DNA of 41,755 nt from an uncultured Halobacteriales archaeon (lineage in GTDB: Archaea > Halobacteriota > Halobacteria > Halobacteriales > Halobacteriaceae), in contig CAZJZA010000001.1 in the NCBI GenBank assembly GCA_964550355.1, forward strand, positions 1-41,755, given 5' to 3'. The notes under the pieces are model-generated. The model worked only from the letters and a program-made list of their open reading frames with translations, made no database searches and had not been told where the DNA came from. Made by a program: the position numbers and the translations under genes. This document shows, piece by piece, positions 38,839 to 41,755 of the stretch (its first letter is position 1; each line of letters starts with the position of its first letter).

Positions 38839-39293
38839 GGAACCCCCTCACTCGCAGCTTCAGTAGGCGACGATTCGGCAGGCTGTATCCATCCACTTCG
38901 TCCAGTGTGCCACTGAAATCGACGAAATGAGTTCAGCCGGCTCCTGTGTTCGATGAAATCGTCTGCTTCGATGATGTCTCTCGTGACGCTTGCATCCGGC
39001 TCCCAGCCATGCCCGTGCAGTCCCGTCGGAACCAAGTTCTTCACCTGGAGCGGTGTCCCATTGGCGACTTTCCGGCCGAAGTCGTAGAAGCTGAAGAACG
39101 ATGCCACGACGACCGAATCACTCTCGTCGGCTGTCGTTCCGTTGTCCTCGGCTGAGGTCGGTTCGGTAGCGCCGCTTGCGCCTCCGTCGTCGGGACAGCC
39201 AGCCATCCCGCCAGCAAGGATTCCTGTGCCAACAGCGATGGCTCGACGACGCGATACTGTAACTCTGTCCAGTATCCGCGATCCGTTACTCAT
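38835..39293 (-). pseudogene. Truncated Zn/Mn ABC substrate-binding lipoprotein (ZnuA/TroA-like) fused to an unrelated tail
   Basis: Tat SRRRAI, MAGC lipobox, VVASFFSFYDF, NLVPTGLHGHGWEP, DIIEADDFI. Family resemblance stops at about 38952 (about 114 codons; full-length members are roughly three times longer). No permease or ATPase follows. Confidence 0.8.
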
Positions 39294-39347
39294 TCTCAAC
39301 TGTCAGTGAGGGACTAAAGTATAAAATAGTCCTACCGAACAATATAA

Positions 39348-39361
39348 TTAGACTAGTCTAA
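39348..39361. promoter_or_regulatory. Perfect 14-bp palindrome TTAGACTAGTCTAA, candidate DtxR/SirR/MntR-type metal-regulator box
   Basis: Lies 55-68 bp upstream of the ZnuA-like start. A second inverted pair GGACTA...TAGTCC (about 39311-39332) brackets a TATA-like TTTTATA on the minus strand. Confidence 0.6.
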
Positions 39362-39419
39362 ATAGGAAGGACAGTGCGAGTTCCCTGCCCAACCGTGGGC
39401 GGGGGTGAAGCATGTTCCA

Positions 39420-39641
39420 TCATGTCTTGAGTGCTCGCTGTCGATGAGTTCTGTCCCAGTCCTCAAACAAGCCATACTCTGTCATTGTGGTCATGCCGGC
39501 GATTGCTGCGCGGAGACTAATCCCGATCAGTGGAATTTCCGCGACGGTTACAACTACGTCGGCCTGAATCACAGCGCCATCACGAAGCAATACATCAACG
39601 AACTCCACGATGGCGTGCGTATCGTCCTTTGTTGGCTCCAT
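39420..39641 (-). CDS. gvpM: Gas vesicle protein GvpM
   Basis: MEPTKDDTHAIVEFVDVLLRDGAVIQADVVVTVAEIPLIGISLRAAIAGMTTMTEYGLF. Confidence 0.92.
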   Translation of the reverse strand: MEPTKDDTHAIVEFVDVLLRDGAVIQADVVVTVAEIPLIGISLRAAIAGMTTMTEYGLFEDWDRTHRQRALKT

Positions 39642-39647
39642 AATCAC

Positions 39648-40493
39648 TCACCCGATGTCCGGTGCGAACGTGTACGGTGGCCATGGCCCGGTGAATCTGA
39701 TGCTAACTCCCTCCTGCTCGACCAGCTCGTCCAACCGGGCACCCAGCGCGGTTTCATCCGTTTCGTCCGCGAGAACCGCCAGCCGCGCAACTTGCTCCCC
39801 ATCGGTTGATGAGGTGGGTTCCGAGAGCGGAGAGTGGGGCTCCTGTTCAATCAGCTCGGTCACGACAGGGCTGACTGTCTCTTTCAGCCTTGCTGTTAGC
39901 TCGGTACGATGGTCTTGTTTCAGTTCGCGAAGACGTTTGTCGTACTGTTTCGCGAGTAGAAATACCTTTCCGGCTCCTGATTGCTGTTGGCGGTGCTGTA
40001 ATTCCTGCAACCGGTCGTCCTGGTCTACGATCTGGTCTTCGAACGTCGACGGTTCCCAGAACAAGCGAACCCGATACTCCCACGTGCCCGCGAATGATGT
40101 CAGCTCCTCGCGAATCTTACCGTGTTGCTCACGCAACCACTGGGTGACACTAGCGTCACCCCCCTCAAGAATGGTGTTGAACCGCATCGGCAGCGGCGTG
40201 CCAAACTGTTCGCCTGCCGCATCGATCACCTGTTGGTGGGTGAGTAGCCACTGTTTGACCTGCTCCATGTCGTCGGTATCATAGAGAGTATCACACTCGT
40301 GAACGACAGCTCCAACGCGTTCACTATCGATGACGAATATCGGCTCATCGTCGATCCCGGTCACCGAAAGTGCAGTGGGATCCCCAGTTTTGATGTCAAC
40401 CAAACAATACACGTACCGGCCGTTGGTCACCGTCTGATCAGCACCCGGATCGATGTCGTTCTCAGCTGGTGCCGGGGAGTGCGAATCAGTCAT
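39648..40493 (-). CDS. gvpL: Gas vesicle protein GvpL
   Basis: [40 protein letters not shown]; start trimmed to MTDSHSP at 40493. Confidence 0.92.
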   Translation of the reverse strand: MTDSHSPAPAENDIDPGADQTVTNGRYVYCLVDIKTGDPTALSVTGIDDEPIFVIDSERVGAVVHECDTLYDTDDMEQVKQWLLTHQQVIDAAGEQFGTPLPMRFNTILEGGDASVTQWLREQHGKIREELTSFAGTWEYRVRLFWEPSTFEDQIVDQDDRLQELQHRQQQSGAGKVFLLAKQYDKRLRELKQDHRTELTARLKETVSPVVTELIEQEPHSPLSEPTSSTDGEQVARLAVLADETDETALGARLDELVEQEGVSIRFTGPWPPYTFAPDIG

Positions 40494-40833
40494 TGGTTTC
40501 GTCCTCGTATCCGGAGGAAGATCCACCAACATGATCTGGTTCGGGCTCGGACAACTGCTTGATGGCGTCACGGATGACGTGATCGAGATCGTCTTTGAAC
40601 TCCTCAACGTCTGCCGTAATCTCTTCTTGGTGTTTGAGCCGCTGGATCTCTGCTTCGAGAGCCTGGAGTTGTTGCCCTAACCGTTCGATTTCCTCGTCGG
40701 AGAGCCGGCCAGATTCCATCCGTCGAACCGCTTCCTGTTCGAGTGCCTCAACGAGTAGCTCGACGACGGTTACTACCAGCGCGATCAGTCCGTCCTGGAG
40801 ATCTTCTGCATCGTCATCGAGCGAGAGTTCCAC
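40486..40833 (-). CDS. gvpK: Gas vesicle protein GvpK
   Basis: [39 protein letters not shown]. Confidence 0.93.
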   Translation of the reverse strand: MELSLDDDAEDLQDGLIALVVTVVELLVEALEQEAVRRMESGRLSDEEIERLGQQLQALEAEIQRLKHQEEITADVEEFKDDLDHVIRDAIKQLSEPEPDHVGGSSSGYEDETND

Positions 40834-40835
40834 AG

Positions 40836-41186
40836 CTATTCACTCCCGTCTGGAGACGCACTCGACATCGGTGACTGATCCTGGTCTTGCTCGGTCGAAT
40901 TTACCTCTGAGCCGGCAGTTGTGGACTCCGCCGGATCGGTATTCTTAGCGGTGGAGACGTTAGCAGCTGACTCAACGCGTTCCATATCTGTTCCAGTGGG
41001 GAACTCGAGGCCGTATTGGGCCGCGGTTTCGAATGAAGCGATGGCTGCCCGCAACTCGATGCCCAACAGTTCGGTGTCACCGATACTGACCGCAATATCG
41101 GCGTTGACGACCACCCCTTTGTCCAACAACACCTCCACCATCTCGGCGAGATCGCCCTGCGAGCGCGTTGGCTTGGGATCACTCAT
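40836..41186 (-). CDS. gvpJ: Gas vesicle protein GvpJ
   Basis: [63 protein letters not shown]. Confidence 0.94.
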   Translation of the reverse strand: MSDPKPTRSQGDLAEMVEVLLDKGVVVNADIAVSIGDTELLGIELRAAIASFETAAQYGLEFPTGTDMERVESAANVSTAKNTDPAESTTAGSEVNSTEQDQDQSPMSSASPDGSE

Positions 41187-41595
41187 CCGTCGACACCTCC
41201 TCGACGTCGGTCTCGCGTTCGGACACGCGAGACGTCGCCGATGGTTCGTCCTCGCGTCCGCTCGTTTTGCGGTGGAGGCGCTGGCCGTACAATCGCTCCC
41301 GGGCCGGCACCGCCGAGTATTTGGGCGTCTCAGGAACGGTCGAATGAGAGTTGCGGGTCGCGTTTTCGGCGTTCGACTTCTGGGGCGGCAGCGTCGAGTG
41401 GGCCGTTGGATTCTTTCCTCTGTCCGTGTCCTCGTCACGCCGTTGTTCCGATTGGCGTCGGTTCCGGCTCCGGCGGCGCGCGAGCTTCTCCCGCTGTTGA
41501 AGTAGTTTGCGCCGGGCCTTGTCGCGGTTGATCTGTGCCTTCGCCTGTGCTTGTCGGGCCTTCTGCTTGCGTTTTTGCTGTTGGTTGTCAGTCAT
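41179..41595 (-). CDS. gvpI: Gas vesicle protein GvpI
   Basis: Basic Q/K/R-rich QKARQAQAKAQINRDKARRKLLQQREKLARRR, NSHSTVP, ARERLYGQRL; lies between gvpH and gvpJ. Confidence 0.88.
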   Translation of the reverse strand: MTDNQQQKRKQKARQAQAKAQINRDKARRKLLQQREKLARRRSRNRRQSEQRRDEDTDRGKNPTAHSTLPPQKSNAENATRNSHSTVPETPKYSAVPARERLYGQRLHRKTSGREDEPSATSRVSERETDVEEVSTDE

Positions 41596-41755
41596 TCTGA
41601 CTCACCATCGTTGGATTCGCTCGCCCGCGTCAGCCGAATCTCGAGAATCTGATTGGCGAGAGTCACGTCGCTGATCGTCACGTCCGGTTGATCGAGCGCA
41701 ACGCGCCCGATGAGGTCCTCGTCGGCCCGCAGCTCAAGCGCTGGTTCGTCAGCGT
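41592..41755 (-). CDS. gvpH: Gas vesicle protein GvpH, C-terminal part (5' end outside the window)
   Basis: Manual translation ADEPALELRADEDLIGRVALDQPDVTISDVTLANQILEIRLTRASESNDGESE*; ATGA overlap with gvpI. Confidence 0.8.
   Translation of the reverse strand, partial: ADEPALELRADEDLIGRVALDQPDVTISDVTLANQILEIRLTRASESNDGESE

Larger units (their letters stand above)
28243..41755. mobile_element. Putative tRNA-Gly-integrated genomic island; right boundary not seen
   Basis: Tyrosine integrase within 0.6 kb of the tRNA 3' end; sharp GC drop after 29770 (60-nt spot counts: 19/60 GC at 30721 versus 42/60 at 421); accessory cargo and a truncated gene. No repeat of the tRNA 3' end was found by eye. 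Confidence 0.7.

Noticed and set aside
39681-39698. CATGGCCCGG match to the tRNA-Gly as a possible attR
   Set aside because: Only about 10 bp, inside the conserved gvpL GPWPPY codons; a chance match.

Overview
Haloarchaeal (Halobacteriales, Halobacterium-like gene order) chromosome segment in two parts. Bases 1-28242 are high-GC core genome: the tRNA-Ser/rps13-rps4-rps11-rpoD/tRNA-Leu/rpl18e-rpl13-rps9-rpoN-rpoK-eno cluster, a PAS histidine kinase, moaA, mrp, porAB-lrpA1-aminotransferase, a nucleoside ABC/salvage cluster, a pilB-pilC pair, a SAM methyltransferase and tRNA-Gly(TCC). Four intergenic regions of this core carry short tandem repeats. From about 28243 to the window end lies a putative tRNA-Gly-inserted genomic island: a tyrosine integrase, then lower-GC cargo. 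The most notable cargo is a corrinoid-dependent methyl-transfer cassette. It has two B12-binding corrinoid proteins, each coupled to a different URO-D/MtaA-superfamily methyltransferase (one with and one without the thiol-activating Zn H-x-C...C motif), a stand-alone MetH-type reactivation-domain protein and a divergent HTH-10 regulator. This architecture is typical of methanogens and acetogens, not of haloarchaea. Downstream are a small wHTH gene, a pilin-like surface protein, a G/C-string non-coding region, a truncated and fused ZnuA-like gene with a perfect palindromic operator, and the distal gas-vesicle genes gvpH(partial)IJKLM. No second copy of the tRNA 3' end was seen, so the right island boundary is probably outside the window. 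All family assignments come from motif recognition by eye; no database searches were run.
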